From assembly GCA_963845565.1 (NCBI GenBank), contig CAWJSJ010000006.1, positions 32,001 to 96,000 of the forward strand: DNA of 64,000 nucleotides. The letters are read 5' to 3'. This document shows, one piece after another, positions 1-12,356 of this stretch. The translations under genes and the position numbers were made by a program. Within the stretch, counting starts at the first letter, position 1. Each line of letters starts with the position of its first letter. Source of the stretch: an uncultured Methylomirabilota bacterium (lineage in GTDB: Bacteria > Methylomirabilota > Methylomirabilia > Methylomirabilales > 2-02-FULL-66-22). A model generated the notes under the pieces. The model saw nothing but the letters and a program-made list of their open reading frames with translations, was not told the origin of the DNA and ran no database searches.

Positions 1-24
1 CCTGACCGCCTGCCTCGGCACAGG

Positions 25-2193
25 TCAGTCTTCCAGGCCGTGTCGTTTCAGGCGGGTGTACAGTTGCGAACGGGTGAGTCCGAGCAAGACGGCTGCTTTA
101 GATTTGTTCCCCTTGGACTCCCGTAACGCGTCCTGCACTGCCTGTTGTTCAATCTCCGCCAGCGGACGGGCGGGTGCGGCATCCGCCGCGGGGATCGGCT
201 GGGTGCGCGGCGAGATCTCGCCGTGTGGGATCGCCTGGCCGATCCCGAGCTGAGCCGCGGTGAGTAGCCCCCCGTCCGAGACGATGAGTGCCCGCTCGAC
301 GGCGTTCTGCAGTTCCCGGATATTGCCCGGCCAGGTGTGGCGCAACAGGGCCTCACGCGCGTCCCGGCTGAGGCCCACGTCCCCTTTCGCCATGCGGGCC
401 CCCAAGTCGGAGACGAACCGGTCGGCCAGCAAGAGGACATCGTCCCCCCGATCCCGAAGCGCGGGCAGGTGGATGGCGAAGACGTTCAACCGATAATAGA
501 GATCGTCTCGGAACCGCCCGCCCGCCACCTCCCTGGTGAGATCCCGGTTGGTGGCGGCGATGAGCCGCACGTCGGCCCGCAGCGTGGCGGTCCCGCCCAC
601 ACGCTGGAACTCTCGCTCTTGGAGCACCCGGAGGAGCTTCGCCTGGACGCCGGGAGAGAGTTCACCGACTTCGTCCAGGAACAGAGTGCCCCCCGACGCG
701 AGCTCGAAACGTCCCGGCTTCTGCCGGTCCGCCCCGGTGAAAGCCCCCCGTTCGTGTCCGAACAGTTCGGATTCCATCAGGGTATCCGGCAAGGCGGCAC
801 AGTTGATCGCCACGAACGGGCCGTCGGCCCGCCCACTGGCGTGATGGACGGCGCGGGCCACCATCTCCTTACCGGTGCCGCTCTCGCCCGTCAGGAGGAC
901 CGTCGCCTCCGTCGGGGCGACCTTGGCCGCGCGGGTCAGGACCTCGCGAAGACTCGCGGAGCGGCCGATGATGCGATCAAAACCGTACCGCTCCCCGAGC
1001 TGGTCGCGGAGAGACTCCAGCCGCCGCTCCAATTTCTTGGCGTGCACTTCGACGGAGGCCAAGCGTCGCTGCTCCTCAGCGAGTCGTTGATGCTGGACGG
1101 CCAGCACCACCTGCGCCGAGACCGCAACGGCCACCTCGGCGTCCAGCCGGTCGAACCAGTGCGGACGCCGCTTCCCGAAGTACAGCCCGCCGCCGACCCG
1201 CTCTCCGAATTTCATCGGGACGATGAGGCACGAGCGCCCGCCACCTTCAATGATCAGCCGATCCCCGGGCCGTGCCGGATCGAGTTCCGTGGGGGCGTCG
1301 TGGATCAGCGCTGTCTCGCCGGCCTCGACGCGAGCCGCAAACGAGAAATCCTCCAGGGGGATCCGAGAGGGTGTCTCGGGACCGCCCGGCACATCATCGA
1401 GTTCCGCCAACATCTCCAGGTCGCGTCCGCTGGCGGTCAGCAGCGCTACTCCCATGATCTCGAAGTCCAGCACCGGGCGGATGGCATCGGCCAAGAGCGC
1501 GAACACCTCGCGGACGTTCAGACCGGCTCCCAACGCATGTGCGAGGCCCTCCAGCGCGCGGAGGCGCCGCCGTCGCCGTCGCTCGCGCTGGAGCAATACC
1601 ACGTTCTCGATGAACGGGGCAATCAGGTCGGCGACCTGCCGGAAGATGGCGAGGTGCTGGTCGGTGTACGCCTGAACGGCCTGGGTGGTGACGACCAGCG
1701 CGCCGATTACCCGTCCACCGCTTTCCAGGGGAGCCAGCAGGCCGGAACGGAGACCGGTGTCCACGAGCTTCCGCTCGTACGGGTTCAGGTCGGCGAAGCG
1801 CGGATCCGCGGTGAAGTCGTCCACCCGCATCGCTTCACCGGCAAACACGGTGCGCAGGACCCACTCGGCGACGACGTAGCGGGTCCCGGGGTCGAAGGCA
1901 GTGGTGTAATGGTCCGCGTGGAGCAGCAGCTCCGGTGCGGCGTGCTCCGCAAGCACGGAAAAGGTCCGGCCGTTCTCGTCCAGATAATCCACCACGAGGC
2001 GGTGGTGGGGGACCTGGCGCTGCAGGCAGTCGGAGAGCTGGTCGAGAAAGCGCCGGGGTTCGAACTCCTCCTGCACGGAACGCCCGATCGCCACCAGCGA
2101 AGCCAGCAGGTCGGCCAGCAACGTGTTGGTGGAGCCCGCCACGGCGTTGGCGTCAGGTGGAGTGCGGTCGGGTCGATGGTGTGAATGCGTCAT
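25..2193 (-). CDS. Sigma54-dependent transcriptional activator (2x GAF, AAA+, Fis HTH; NifA/FhlA-like architecture)
   Basis: Walker [44 protein letters not shown]-terminal [29 protein letters not shown]; two N-terminal GAF-like segments. Confidence 0.93.
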   Translation of the reverse strand: MTHSHHRPDRTPPDANAVAGSTNTLLADLLASLVAIGRSVQEEFEPRRFLDQLSDCLQRQVPHHRLVVDYLDENGRTFSVLAEHAAPELLLHADHYTTAFDPGTRYVVAEWVLRTVFAGEAMRVDDFTADPRFADLNPYERKLVDTGLRSGLLAPLESGGRVIGALVVTTQAVQAYTDQHLAIFRQVADLIAPFIENVVLLQRERRRRRRLRALEGLAHALGAGLNVREVFALLADAIRPVLDFEIMGVALLTASGRDLEMLAELDDVPGGPETPSRIPLEDFSFAARVEAGETALIHDAPTELDPARPGDRLIIEGGGRSCLIVPMKFGERVGGGLYFGKRRPHWFDRLDAEVAVAVSAQVVLAVQHQRLAEEQRRLASVEVHAKKLERRLESLRDQLGERYGFDRIIGRSASLREVLTRAAKVAPTEATVLLTGESGTGKEMVARAVHHASGRADGPFVAINCAALPDTLMESELFGHERGAFTGADRQKPGRFELASGGTLFLDEVGELSPGVQAKLLRVLQEREFQRVGGTATLRADVRLIAATNRDLTREVAGGRFRDDLYYRLNVFAIHLPALRDRGDDVLLLADRFVSDLGARMAKGDVGLSRDAREALLRHTWPGNIRELQNAVERALIVSDGGLLTAAQLGIGQAIPHGEISPRTQPIPAADAAPARPLAEIEQQAVQDALRESKGNKSKAAVLLGLTRSQLYTRLKRHGLED

Positions 2194-2259
2194 GGCCCTT
2201 GGGATGCGTCGTTCGGTGGCGCCAGGATGATGTCGGCAGGCCGGATCGTGGCGCCGCGC

Positions 2260-3540
2260 TCAGTTCAATCGCTGGCCGCTCTCCACGACCACCTTGCCGT
2301 TCTTGATCACCGTCTCCACCAGGTTTACACCGAAATGATAACAGAGGTGCTCGTGGTTCGGGGCGTCCAGGACGAGAAGGTCGGCGTGCTTGCCCACCTC
2401 CAGGGTGCCGACGCAATCCTGTTCCCCGATCGCCCAGGCGGCGTTGATCGTCGCGGCGGTGATCGCCTCGGCGGGCAGCATTCGCATCTGGGTGCAGGCC
2501 AGGTTCAGGATCAGGGCCAGCGACTCGGTCATGCAGGAGCCGGGATTGAAATCGGTGGCCAGCGCGACGGGGACGCCGTCGGCGATCATGTCGCGGGCGC
2601 GGGCGTACCGCTGCATGTGCAGGAAGTAGGCGGTGCCGGGCAGAAGTACGGCGATGACGCCCGCCTCCGCCATGGCGCGGATCCCCTCGTCGTTGACGTA
2701 CAGAAGGTGGTCCGCGGTGCGTGCCTTCAAACGGGCGGCCATGGCGGCGCCGCCCAGGTCGGTGAGTTCGTCCGCGTGGACGCGCAGTTCCAGGCCGACC
2801 GTCTGCGCCGCACGGAAGATGCGCTCCGTCTGGTTGACGCTGAAGACCCCGGTCTCGCAGAAGACGTCACAAAATCGCGCCAATTTCCGGGACGCCACCA
2901 GGGGAATCATACGGGTAATGACGAGATCGACGTACGCCTCGGGGTGTTGACGGAACTCCGGCGGGATCTCGTGGGCGCCCATGAAGGTGGGGACGACGGT
3001 CGCGGGTCCGGCCTCTTCCAGTTCTCGGATGACCTCCAGCATCTTGATCTCGTTCGTGATGTCCAGCCCGTAACCGCTCTTGGCCTCCACGGTGGTGGTC
3101 CCGAGCGTGAGCATGCGGTCGAGCGTTCGACGGGCGGCGGCCTTCAGGTCCGCCTTGTCGGCGGACCGGGTGGCCGCCACGGTGGCGTTGATGCCGCCGC
3201 CGCCGGCCGCGATCTCCTGATAGGTCTTCCCCTGGATGCGCAAGGCGAACTCGTTCTCGCGGCTGCCGGCGAAGACGAGGTGGGTGTGCGGGTCGACCAG
3301 GCCCGGCATCACGGTTTTTCCAGTCGCATCGATCAGCTTGCAGAACGCCAGGGGGCGCACGGCGGTGAGCAGGTCCGCGGTCGGGCCGACCCAGACGATC
3401 TTGCCCCGGCGGGCGGCAAGAGCGCCCCGAGGAAGAATTCCCAGATCGCGCATCTCCTCGCCGAGGCGAGGCCGCCCCGCAAGGCCGGCGAGGGTCACAA
3501 GTTCCGCCGCCCCTTCGACGATCAGGTCTGCCTGGATCAT
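2260..3540 (-). CDS. hutI: Imidazolonepropionase
   Basis: PGLVDPHTHLVFAGSRENEF, GGGINATV, EAKSGYGL, ALATDFNPGS; near hutU. Confidence 0.96.
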   Translation of the reverse strand: MIQADLIVEGAAELVTLAGLAGRPRLGEEMRDLGILPRGALAARRGKIVWVGPTADLLTAVRPLAFCKLIDATGKTVMPGLVDPHTHLVFAGSRENEFALRIQGKTYQEIAAGGGGINATVAATRSADKADLKAAARRTLDRMLTLGTTTVEAKSGYGLDITNEIKMLEVIRELEEAGPATVVPTFMGAHEIPPEFRQHPEAYVDLVITRMIPLVASRKLARFCDVFCETGVFSVNQTERIFRAAQTVGLELRVHADELTDLGGAAMAARLKARTADHLLYVNDEGIRAMAEAGVIAVLLPGTAYFLHMQRYARARDMIADGVPVALATDFNPGSCMTESLALILNLACTQMRMLPAEAITAATINAAWAIGEQDCVGTLEVGKHADLLVLDAPNHEHLCYHFGVNLVETVIKNGKVVVESGQRLN

Positions 3541-3555
3541 GGCGCATCTCCTCTA

Positions 3556-3596
3556 AGCCCGGATTATTCACGAATCCTTCGTGAGTAATCCGGGCT
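3556..3596. repeat. 41-bp palindrome (REP-like), copy 1
   Basis: AGCCCGGATTATTCACGAA-TCC-TTCGTGAGTAATCCGGGCT, 19-bp stem with one mismatch; related to 56722-56762; overlaps the DUF748 stop codon. Confidence 0.85.
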
Positions 3597-6500
3597 AGGC
3601 GATCTTGAAGTCCACCCGGCTGTCCTTCACCTTGTCCTTCTTCTCCGGCGTCAGCCCCTTCGGCTCGACGATGAACAGCCGCTCGGCCTCGATCTTGCCC
3701 GACTTGAGGATCGTCTCCTTCACAGTGTTCGCGCGCTGGGCCGCCAACTGGCGAAGCTCTTCCTCGCCGACCTCGATGTTGGTGAGCATCAGTTTTTCCA
3801 TCTCCGGGACGGGCAGGCTCTTCACCATGCCGATGAAGTTGCGGGGTTTAGGGAAGGGCTCGGCCCGATAGGCCAGGGTGAGATATTTCTCGTATTCCTC
3901 CGGCGCCACCGCGAGGTCGTCAACGGGCACGGCGGCCTTGCCTTGCTTGGCGAGGTCGGCCAGCTTCTGCGCCTTGACCTTTCGCTGCATGAGCCATTGT
4001 TTCAATCCTTCCCGATCCTCGTCCGGGGAGACGTACCCGGCGATCTCCAGCTTCAAACCGGGCTTCTCGGACAGGGCGGTGACCAGCGCGTCGAGCTTCT
4101 TCGCGCCGGCCTCGGGAACGGTGGCGCGGCCGGAGTCGAACTCCACATACTGCATCTCCTCGCCGCCGCCGAACCCCGCCCCCAGGAGGGCGAAGGGCGA
4201 GGTCACCGCCTTGGCGATGAGATTGCCGATGACCTGGAGGACGATGCTCCACACGCTGAATTGGGGGTCGTCGATGCTGCCCGTGACGGGAATATCGAGG
4301 TGGATCTCGCCGTTCCGGTCCTTGAGCAGGGCGACTCCGAGCTTCACCGGCAAACTGGTCGCGGTGGGGCTATCCACCTTGTCGCCGAACGTGAACTGAT
4401 CCACGAAGACCTTGTTCTCCGAGTTGAGCTTGCCCTTGTCGATCAGATACTTCAGGTCGAAGGAGAGCTTGCCCTTCGCGATGGTGTATCCCACATACTT
4501 TCCGGCATAGGGCGTCGTCGGGCTGAGATCCATCCCCGTGAACCGCGCCCGCACATCGGCGAAGAGGTCCTGTTTCAGCGGGTTGATCTTGCCGGTGATC
4601 TCCAGCGGGGCAGAGTTGTTCATCCTGCCGCGCAACTCCACGTCCGCCAGGCTGGTTTCCGTCGAAGAGAGACCGGACACCCGGCCTGCGATCTCGGTCA
4701 TGGTGGCGGAATAGCTGGGCTTGAGCGAGCGATCCTGGAACTGGACCCGCCCGGCCTGGAGGGTGACCTCTTCAATCTGGATATCCATCGGCACACTTGG
4801 CGTGTTTGGTGCTTTGGCCTCCGGGGTGACAGGCGCGGGTTTCGGCGAGGCCGTGGGCTTGGCCGCCTCGTCCGGGACGGCGATCTCTTGGAGGTTCAAC
4901 CGACCGTCGGGCTGGATCACGAGGCGGGCGAAGAAGTCGGTCAGTGCGACCTTCTTGGCGCGGACGAGAAGCGGGTTGTACCCGACGGACAGTTCGGTCA
5001 GCGCGAGCGACTCCCACTTCAGGATATCCTCGGCAGTGTTCTTTTCGACGGCGGCGAACTTTCCGAGGGTGATCTCGCCCGTGTATTTCGCCTGCAATCC
5101 GGGTGGCTCTTTGGTGCTGAGTTCGAGGCGGCCGGCGGTCGACACCCGACCGTCCGTGATCGTGACCTTGACGCGTTCGGCGACATAGGGCTGGAAGGGG
5201 CGAAGGTCGATCTCCTTGGCCACCACCTGAAGATCGGCTTGGATGGGAGCGATGTCCAGCGACCCCTCGGTTGTGACCGTTCCCTGGTCGAGGCGGAACG
5301 AGACCGACGCCTTTCCCGGGGTGCTGCTGAGTGCCGTCGAGAGTTTTTCTGCCCGGACAGTCAGGTCATCCATGGCCACCTTGACCGGCTCGGACGGGAC
5401 TTCGTCGGTGACCTCGATTCGGTACTGGCTCACCGAGAGGACACCCGCCTTGACCGTCCAGGGGCGGGCGGGCTGGGCGGCAGCAGCGCCCGCTGCGGGT
5501 CGGACGGCCACGGGCGCGTCCGCCAGGGACTCGGCGGCGGCCGTGGTGCGTGGGAGAAGTTTCGCGAGGTTGATTTCGCCGTCGCGGGATCGAGACACAC
5601 GGACGGTGCCGCGCTCCGTGGACAGGTCGCCCACCGAGACGTCCTGCTGCGACAGGTCCACTGCGGTATTCTTGACCGCCAGAATGGGGATGTTCAGGAA
5701 CTCCTGGTTCGTATCTCGCGTTTTCAGGCGCAGCGTCTTGAGCGCGGTCGACAGGCCCGCCAGCTTGATGTCGAACGCGTCCTTGCTCTGGCTGACCTTA
5801 TAGCCGGTTGCCACGTCAAGGGTGCCATCCTGCACGTCGAAGGCGACCAGGTTCTTGTAGTACGGTGCATACCGGTTCAGCACCACGCCGGTAATCTCCG
5901 CCTTACCGTCGGCCCGCAGCGGGTCCAGACCGACGGAAGTGTTGACCTTGACGGCGGCGGTTTGGTCCAGTACGAGTGAGAGGGCGACTTTCCCAGTGGA
6001 GTTCTTGGCGGTCGAGAGGTTCTCGGCGTGCAGGCGAATCTTCTCGACGGCCAGGGTGATGCGTTCGGATGCCGCGCGATCCTCGACTTTGGCCGCGTAC
6101 TGATCCACGGCCAGGCGCTTCAACGTGATGGTCCACGGCTTCTGTTCCGGACCGGCGGGTGCGGCAGTCGGTCCCTGGCCGGCAGGCGGCGGGGCGATGA
6201 GCTTTTGGAGATCCACCTCGCCATTGGCGAGGCGCTTGGCGCCGAGGAAACCCTTCTGAGTAGAGACGCCACCCACGACGACCTGCCGCTGGGTCAGGTC
6301 GATCGCCGTATCCGTGACGGCTAAGGCCGGAACGCGCACGAAGTCTTCGGTCTCGTCGCGCCGCTTGAGCCGGAGGGCGCTCACCGAGACCGCTGCCTCC
6401 GACGCCACGATCGCCGGTTCCTTGTCTCCCGGCGAAACCCGGTAATGGCTGGAGAGATTCAGCGTGCCGCTCTCGATGTCGAAGAGAAGCATGTCGCTGT

Positions 6501-7860
6501 AGTACGGTGCGTACCTTTTGAGCGGAACGCCCTGGACGGCCACCTTGCCGTCCACCTGGAGCGGGGCGAGCGACATGGTGCCGTCGAGGGCGATCTCCTC
6601 CTTGGCGTCGGTCGTCACGGTCAGGGCGTAGGTTCCCTTGGTGTCCGGGCGGGTGCTCAACTGCGTGACCTTGACGTCGATGGGCGCCAGCGTGGCCTTG
6701 AACGGGAGGCGAGGGAGAAGATCCGAGAAGACGACCTTGGCTCCGGCGATACTGATCTCGTCCACGTCCAGGACGACGGTGTCGCCTGGAGCGGTTGTGT
6801 CTTTGTTTGCCGGCTTCTGGTCCGGGGCGGGTTTGGGCAGCAGCGTCTCGAGATTGGTGATCCCCGTCTTCTCGCGACGAACCGTCAGCTCCGGCGATTC
6901 CAGAGATATCTTGGCGAGGTGCACCTTGCGGATGAGGGGTTCGATCGAGGCGAGCCCGACGCCCAGCTTCGGAATCCGCACGACCGGGCCGCCCTGCGTG
7001 TCATCCACTGCCAGCTCGCGCAGCCCGACATCCCCCTTCACGGTCAGCGTCTGTTCGGTTTTGCCCTTCCGGACGAACACGATGGCGATCTTGGAATCGA
7101 GTCGGCCCGACGGCATGCGGAAGGTCAACAGCTCCGCGGGAACGTACGCCAGATAATAGGGGAGGTCCAGGTCGGCCACGTTGACATCCAGCGTGGTTTC
7201 CAGCGAGTCGGCAAAGGGCTTTGTGTTGCCCTGGACCGCGTACCGGGTTCCGTTCACGACGGCCGAGAGCCCCGGCTGGACAAAGGTCTCGATCTGGGAC
7301 GGGATATTCGACAGGAACGGGACCCCGATATTCACCGCGCGGACCGTATGCTTCTTTTGCGCGGGCTCGTCGCTGAAGTCGGCACCGCCGTCAACCACCT
7401 CGATATTGTTGACGGAGAACCGCACGGGCTTCGCCGGCTCCTTGGGCGGCGGTTGCGGACCCGGCAACAGGTCGGAGAAATTGTAGGACTGATCCGCTCG
7501 CCGGACGACGCGGATGAAGGGTTTGGTGAGGCGCGCCTGCTGGACGACGGCGGCCCACCGGAAGAGGGACGACGCTTCGAGATTCAGATAGAGCTCCTCG
7601 AAGGACGCGAACGTCTCGGTGCCCTTGGGCTCCTTGACCGCAAGCCCCCTGAGCGTCGCCGACAGGGCGAAGGGATTGACGCGCGCCTCCGCGATGGTCA
7701 CCTCGCGATGGAGCGCCGCGGTGAGTTGTGCGGCGAGGACGGACTTCAAGATCGGGGGAACGACGAAGAACCCGATAAGCGTGAAAAGGACAAAAAAGGC
7801 CCCGACGCCGATCAGGATGCGCGTGCGGTGGCGTACGACGAACTGCCCAAGGCGACGCAT
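3595..7860 (-). CDS. DUF748-domain protein (AsmA-like repeats, C-terminal OmpA-like region)
   Basis: N-terminal TM, VNPFALS, repeated beta-rich units, LGVALLKDRNGEIHLDIPVTGSIDDPQF, KAVTSPFALLG, LAAQRANTVK, SRVDFKI. Confidence 0.85.
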   Translation of the reverse strand: MRRLGQFVVRHRTRILIGVGAFFVLFTLIGFFVVPPILKSVLAAQLTAALHREVTIAEARVNPFALSATLRGLAVKEPKGTETFASFEELYLNLEASSLFRWAAVVQQARLTKPFIRVVRRADQSYNFSDLLPGPQPPPKEPAKPVRFSVNNIEVVDGGADFSDEPAQKKHTVRAVNIGVPFLSNIPSQIETFVQPGLSAVVNGTRYAVQGNTKPFADSLETTLDVNVADLDLPYYLAYVPAELLTFRMPSGRLDSKIAIVFVRKGKTEQTLTVKGDVGLRELAVDDTQGGPVVRIPKLGVGLASIEPLIRKVHLAKISLESPELTVRREKTGITNLETLLPKPAPDQKPANKDTTAPGDTVVLDVDEISIAGAKVVFSDLLPRLPFKATLAPIDVKVTQLSTRPDTKGTYALTVTTDAKEEIALDGTMSLAPLQVDGKVAVQGVPLKRYAPYYSDMLLFDIESGTLNLSSHYRVSPGDKEPAIVASEAAVSVSALRLKRRDETEDFVRVPALAVTDTAIDLTQRQVVVGGVSTQKGFLGAKRLANGEVDLQKLIAPPPAGQGPTAAPAGPEQKPWTITLKRLAVDQYAAKVEDRAASERITLAVEKIRLHAENLSTAKNSTGKVALSLVLDQTAAVKVNTSVGLDPLRADGKAEITGVVLNRYAPYYKNLVAFDVQDGTLDVATGYKVSQSKDAFDIKLAGLSTALKTLRLKTRDTNQEFLNIPILAVKNTAVDLSQQDVSVGDLSTERGTVRVSRSRDGEINLAKLLPRTTAAAESLADAPVAVRPAAGAAAAQPARPWTVKAGVLSVSQYRIEVTDEVPSEPVKVAMDDLTVRAEKLSTALSSTPGKASVSFRLDQGTVTTEGSLDIAPIQADLQVVAKEIDLRPFQPYVAERVKVTITDGRVSTAGRLELSTKEPPGLQAKYTGEITLGKFAAVEKNTAEDILKWESLALTELSVGYNPLLVRAKKVALTDFFARLVIQPDGRLNLQEIAVPDEAAKPTASPKPAPVTPEAKAPNTPSVPMDIQIEEVTLQAGRVQFQDRSLKPSYSATMTEIAGRVSGLSSTETSLADVELRGRMNNSAPLEITGKINPLKQDLFADVRARFTGMDLSPTTPYAGKYVGYTIAKGKLSFDLKYLIDKGKLNSENKVFVDQFTFGDKVDSPTATSLPVKLGVALLKDRNGEIHLDIPVTGSIDDPQFSVWSIVLQVIGNLIAKAVTSPFALLGAGFGGGEEMQYVEFDSGRATVPEAGAKKLDALVTALSEKPGLKLEIAGYVSPDEDREGLKQWLMQRKVKAQKLADLAKQGKAAVPVDDLAVAPEEYEKYLTLAYRAEPFPKPRNFIGMVKSLPVPEMEKLMLTNIEVGEEELRQLAAQRANTVKETILKSGKIEAERLFIVEPKGLTPEKKDKVKDSRVDFKIA

Positions 7861-7931
7861 GTTGCGCCTCCAGTCCTAGGAGCGTACACGGCCTGGAGCC
7901 CAGGGGGCGGCACGGGTGTTTCCCTGGTGCG

Positions 7932-9602
<1,671 letters not shown>

Positions 9603-9621
9603 TGCAAGACCTCCTCGGGAA

Positions 9622-9676
9622 AACCACAACGGGAATCTAATCCGCGAAATCTGTGCAATCGATGCAATCTGCGGTT
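9622..9676. repeat. Degenerate copy of the 9-bp-period AACCACAGAT...ATCTGTGGTT element in the hutU leader
   Basis: AACCACA...AATCCGCGA AATCTGTGC AATCGATGC AATCTGCGGTT; same right arm as the elements at 12.2-14.0 kb. Confidence 0.7.
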
Positions 9677-9677
9677 C

Positions 9678-9706
9678 AGTATAACCCCCGGTCCCTGGAG
9701 ATGCAA
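9678..9706 (-). promoter_or_regulatory. Putative sigma70 promoter for hutU
   Basis: Minus strand TTGCAT-17 nt-TATACT. Confidence 0.6.
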
Positions 9707-10585
9707 TCAGGCCCTGGCGCGCTGGATCCAGAGGATGCCGACGCACACCAAGGCGGCGCCGAGGAGCTGTATCGGGGTGAGGCGTTCTCCGTAGAGGAGC
9801 CAGCCCAGGAGGGCGGCGGTGACGACCTCCCAGGTAGCGATCACGCTCACCTGGCTGGCGGGCAGGTCCCGCAGGCCCAGGGTGAACAGCGCGTAACCTC
9901 CCAGGCTGGGGATTAGCGCCAGGCCGACGATCCAGATCCACGCCACCGTCGGGTAGTCCCGTGCCGCCAGGAGGCCAGGCCCGCTCCCGAGGACCAGGAA
10001 CAGCGCGCCTCCGGCAAAGGCGTAGAGGACGACGGTCCAGGGGGCGTAACGGGCCACGGCCCGCTTACCCAGGATACTGTACACCGCCATGCTGAGACCG
10101 GTCAGGAGGCCGAAGAGGATCCCGCGCAGGTTGAGGCGAAGGAACTCCGCCTCGTGGATCTGGGCCACCAGGGCCGCGCCGAGGACGGTGAGGGCCGCTG
10201 CGGCCAGCTTGACCCGGGTCAGCCGTTCCCCCAGCCAGAGGGCGGAGAAGAGCGTCACGAACATCGGGTAGGTGTAGAGCAGGGTGATGGCGACGGCCAG
10301 GGTGGTGTGCTTGACGGCCGAGAAGTACGACCAGAAGTTCAGGGTCACCCCGAAGAAGCCGTAGACCAGAAAGAATGGGATGGCCGACCAGGGGACGCGC
10401 AGCAGGGTCGGGCGGGAGAGGGCCAGGATGCCGGCGAGGACGACGACGCCGATGAGGGCCCGCCAGGTGACGACCAGCATGGGGTCGCCCTCGAACCGAT
10501 AGACGGCGCGCCCCCAGGCCCCCATCGAGCCAAGCAGGGTGGCGCCGATCAGTACGACGATGGTGGCGCGAATGCGGATGTTCAT
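9707..10585 (-). CDS. EamA/DMT family transporter
   Basis: About 10 TM helices in two repeats; [36 protein letters not shown]. Confidence 0.9.
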   Translation of the reverse strand: MNIRIRATIVVLIGATLLGSMGAWGRAVYRFEGDPMLVVTWRALIGVVVLAGILALSRPTLLRVPWSAIPFFLVYGFFGVTLNFWSYFSAVKHTTLAVAITLLYTYPMFVTLFSALWLGERLTRVKLAAAALTVLGAALVAQIHEAEFLRLNLRGILFGLLTGLSMAVYSILGKRAVARYAPWTVVLYAFAGGALFLVLGSGPGLLAARDYPTVAWIWIVGLALIPSLGGYALFTLGLRDLPASQVSVIATWEVVTAALLGWLLYGERLTPIQLLGAALVCVGILWIQRARA

Positions 10586-10598
10586 AGGTTGTGACGGT

Positions 10599-10657
10599 TC
10601 GGCGGTGCTGCCGTACTGCGGTCTGGAGGGAACCGCCGCACCTCGAACTGCAGCACC
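10599..10657. repeat. Degenerate 8-bp-period inverted tandem repeat
   Basis: TTCGGCGG TGCTGCCG TACTGCGG ... ACCGCCGC ACCTCGAA CTGCAGCA between the DMT gene and livF. Confidence 0.5.
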
Positions 10658-10660
10658 CGG

Positions 10661-11374
10661 TCAACCGCCCAAATAGGCCCTCTTCACTTCGGGGGCGGCG
10701 GCCAACTCTGCGGCGGAGCCGCAGAGCGTGATGCTGCCCGTCTCCAAGACGTAACCCCGTGTGGCCACGGAGAGAGCCATGCGGGCGTTTTGTTCCACCA
10801 GAAGGATGGTGGCCCCCTGTCGGTGCAGGTCGCGAATCGTCTGGAAGGTCTGCTCGACCAGCGTGGGCATCAGGCCGAGAGACACCTCGTCCAGTAGGAG
10901 CAACTGGGGCCGGCTGACCAGGGACCGGGCGATGGCGAGCATCTGCTGTTCACCGCCGGAGAGTGTCTTTCCCCGCTGGCGCGAACGCTCGCGAAGGCGC
11001 GGAAAGAGCGTGTAGGCGCTCTCCAGTGCCGCGGAGACCTCGCCGGCGCTCGAGAGGACGTACGCCCCTAGGCGCAGGTTCTCTTCCACGGTCAGGTCGG
11101 GGAGGATGCGCCGCCCTTCGGGAACCAGACTGATCCCGCGGCGGGCCCGAGCGTGCGGGGCCTCGGACGTGATGTCGGCGCCATCGAACAGGATCCGCCC
11201 TCCGCGCGGCCGCTGGAGACCCATCACGGCGCGCAGCGTGGTACTCTTGCCCGCGCCGTTCGCCCCGATGATGGTGACCAGGTCACCGCGGTGCACCTCG
11301 AAGCTCACGCCACGCACGGCCGCGAATTCGCCGTACGTTACCTCGAGGTTTCGGACTTCCAACAGCACTGTCAT
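10661..11374 (-). CDS. livF: Branched-chain amino acid-type ABC transporter ATPase (LivF family)
   Basis: GANGAGKST, LVPEGRRI, LSGGEQQMLAIAR, LLVEQNA; start set to MTVLLEVRNL. Confidence 0.9.
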   Translation of the reverse strand: MTVLLEVRNLEVTYGEFAAVRGVSFEVHRGDLVTIIGANGAGKSTTLRAVMGLQRPRGGRILFDGADITSEAPHARARRGISLVPEGRRILPDLTVEENLRLGAYVLSSAGEVSAALESAYTLFPRLRERSRQRGKTLSGGEQQMLAIARSLVSRPQLLLLDEVSLGLMPTLVEQTFQTIRDLHRQGATILLVEQNARMALSVATRGYVLETGSITLCGSAAELAAAPEVKRAYLGG

Positions 11375-11457
11375 TGGTCGACTCGTCGAGAAGTCAATTC
11401 GTGAGTACGGTTGGTCCGTGGCCAAATCGACCATTCGACCAATCGACTAATTGACTG
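11375..11457. repeat. 8-bp-period inverted tandem repeat
   Basis: TGGTCGAC TCGTCGAG AAGTCAAT ... AATCGACC ATTCGACC AATCGACT AATTGACT; overlaps the livG stop codon. Confidence 0.7.
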
Positions 11458-12196
11458 TCTTCCCAAGGTACGCCTCGATGACCTCTGGATTCCGCTGGAT
11501 CGCGGCGGGATCGCCTGCGGCGATCTTGACGCCGTGGTCCAGAACCACCAGGCGATGGCAGACGTCCATCACCATGGGCATGTTGTGCTCAATCAGGATG
11601 ACGCTGACGCCTTCCCGGTTCAGGGTGCGGATCAGTTCGAGGAGCTGTTGGGACTCCTCGTGGCGAAGACCGCCCGACGGTTCGTCGAGCAGGAGAAGCT
11701 TGGGTTTCAGGGCCAGGGCGCGCGCGATCTCCAGGCGTTTCTTCAGGCCAAGCGGCAGCGTGCCGGCCAAGCGGTCGTGCCCGGCCGCGAGCCCCACCCG
11801 TGTCAGCAGAGCGGCGGCCGCCTGGCGATTGGCCGAGGTGGCGTAGACCATGGCGGAGCTTCGCAGCGCGGGATACGCCTGATGGCCAATGGCCACCAGG
11901 ACGTTGTCTGTGAGCGACAGCGTGGGGAAGGGGCGAACGATCTGGAAGGTGCGGCCGATTCCGCGGCGCGCAATCTCGAAGGGGCGCTTCCCCTGGATGG
12001 CCTCTCCACGGTACCGGATGACACCGCGGCTCGGGTGGATCATGCCGGTGATGCAATTGAACAGCGTGGTCTTGCCCGCGCCGTTCGGCCCGATGACGCC
12101 GAGGATCTCCCGCTCCTCGACGGCGAAGGCCACGTCCTGGAGGGCGGTTACGCCGTCGAATTCCTTCGTGAGAGAGTCAATCTCGAGAAGCACCAC
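11447..12196 (-). CDS. livG: ABC transporter ATPase (LivG family)
   Basis: GPNGAGKTT, GIGRTFQ, LEIARALA, LLDEPSGGL, LIEHNM, VIEAYLG. Confidence 0.9.
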   Translation of the reverse strand: MVLLEIDSLTKEFDGVTALQDVAFAVEEREILGVIGPNGAGKTTLFNCITGMIHPSRGVIRYRGEAIQGKRPFEIARRGIGRTFQIVRPFPTLSLTDNVLVAIGHQAYPALRSSAMVYATSANRQAAAALLTRVGLAAGHDRLAGTLPLGLKKRLEIARALALKPKLLLLDEPSGGLRHEESQQLLELIRTLNREGVSVILIEHNMPMVMDVCHRLVVLDHGVKIAAGDPAAIQRNPEVIEAYLGKTVN

Positions 12197-12215
12197 GGCG
12201 AAAACTCCGCAGGCT

Positions 12216-12315
12216 AACCACAGATTTCACGGATTTCACAGAGGAAGCAGACCCCTTCCCGATAGACCCAGGATCCGAACCAGAAGAATCTGTGTAATCT
12301 GCGTAATCGGTGGTT
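12216..12315. repeat. Gene-less 9-bp-period inverted-repeat element
   Basis: AACCACAGATTTCACGGATTTCACAGA ... CCCAGGATCC ... AATCTGTGTAATCTGCGTAATCGGTGGTT. Confidence 0.85.
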
Positions 12316-12356
12316 CCAACGTGTCTTACCCGATTGTCGGTCGTGCATTTGTCAGG

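Noticed and set aside
337..2184. Long antisense or alternative-frame ORFs (also 2185-3588, 3943-5979, 6445-8115, 52604-55081, 59731-61152)
   Set aside because: Shadow ORFs of well-supported genes in high-GC DNA, with no recognisable motifs.
25..2193. Sigma54 activator as the hut regulator
   Set aside because: Only adjacency supports it; no convincing sigma54 promoter was seen upstream of the hut genes and hutU has a sigma70-like promoter.
9603..9941. 113-aa N-terminal extension of HutU
   Set aside because: Overlaps the DMT gene, the promoter and a repeat; a strong RBS precedes ATG 9602.
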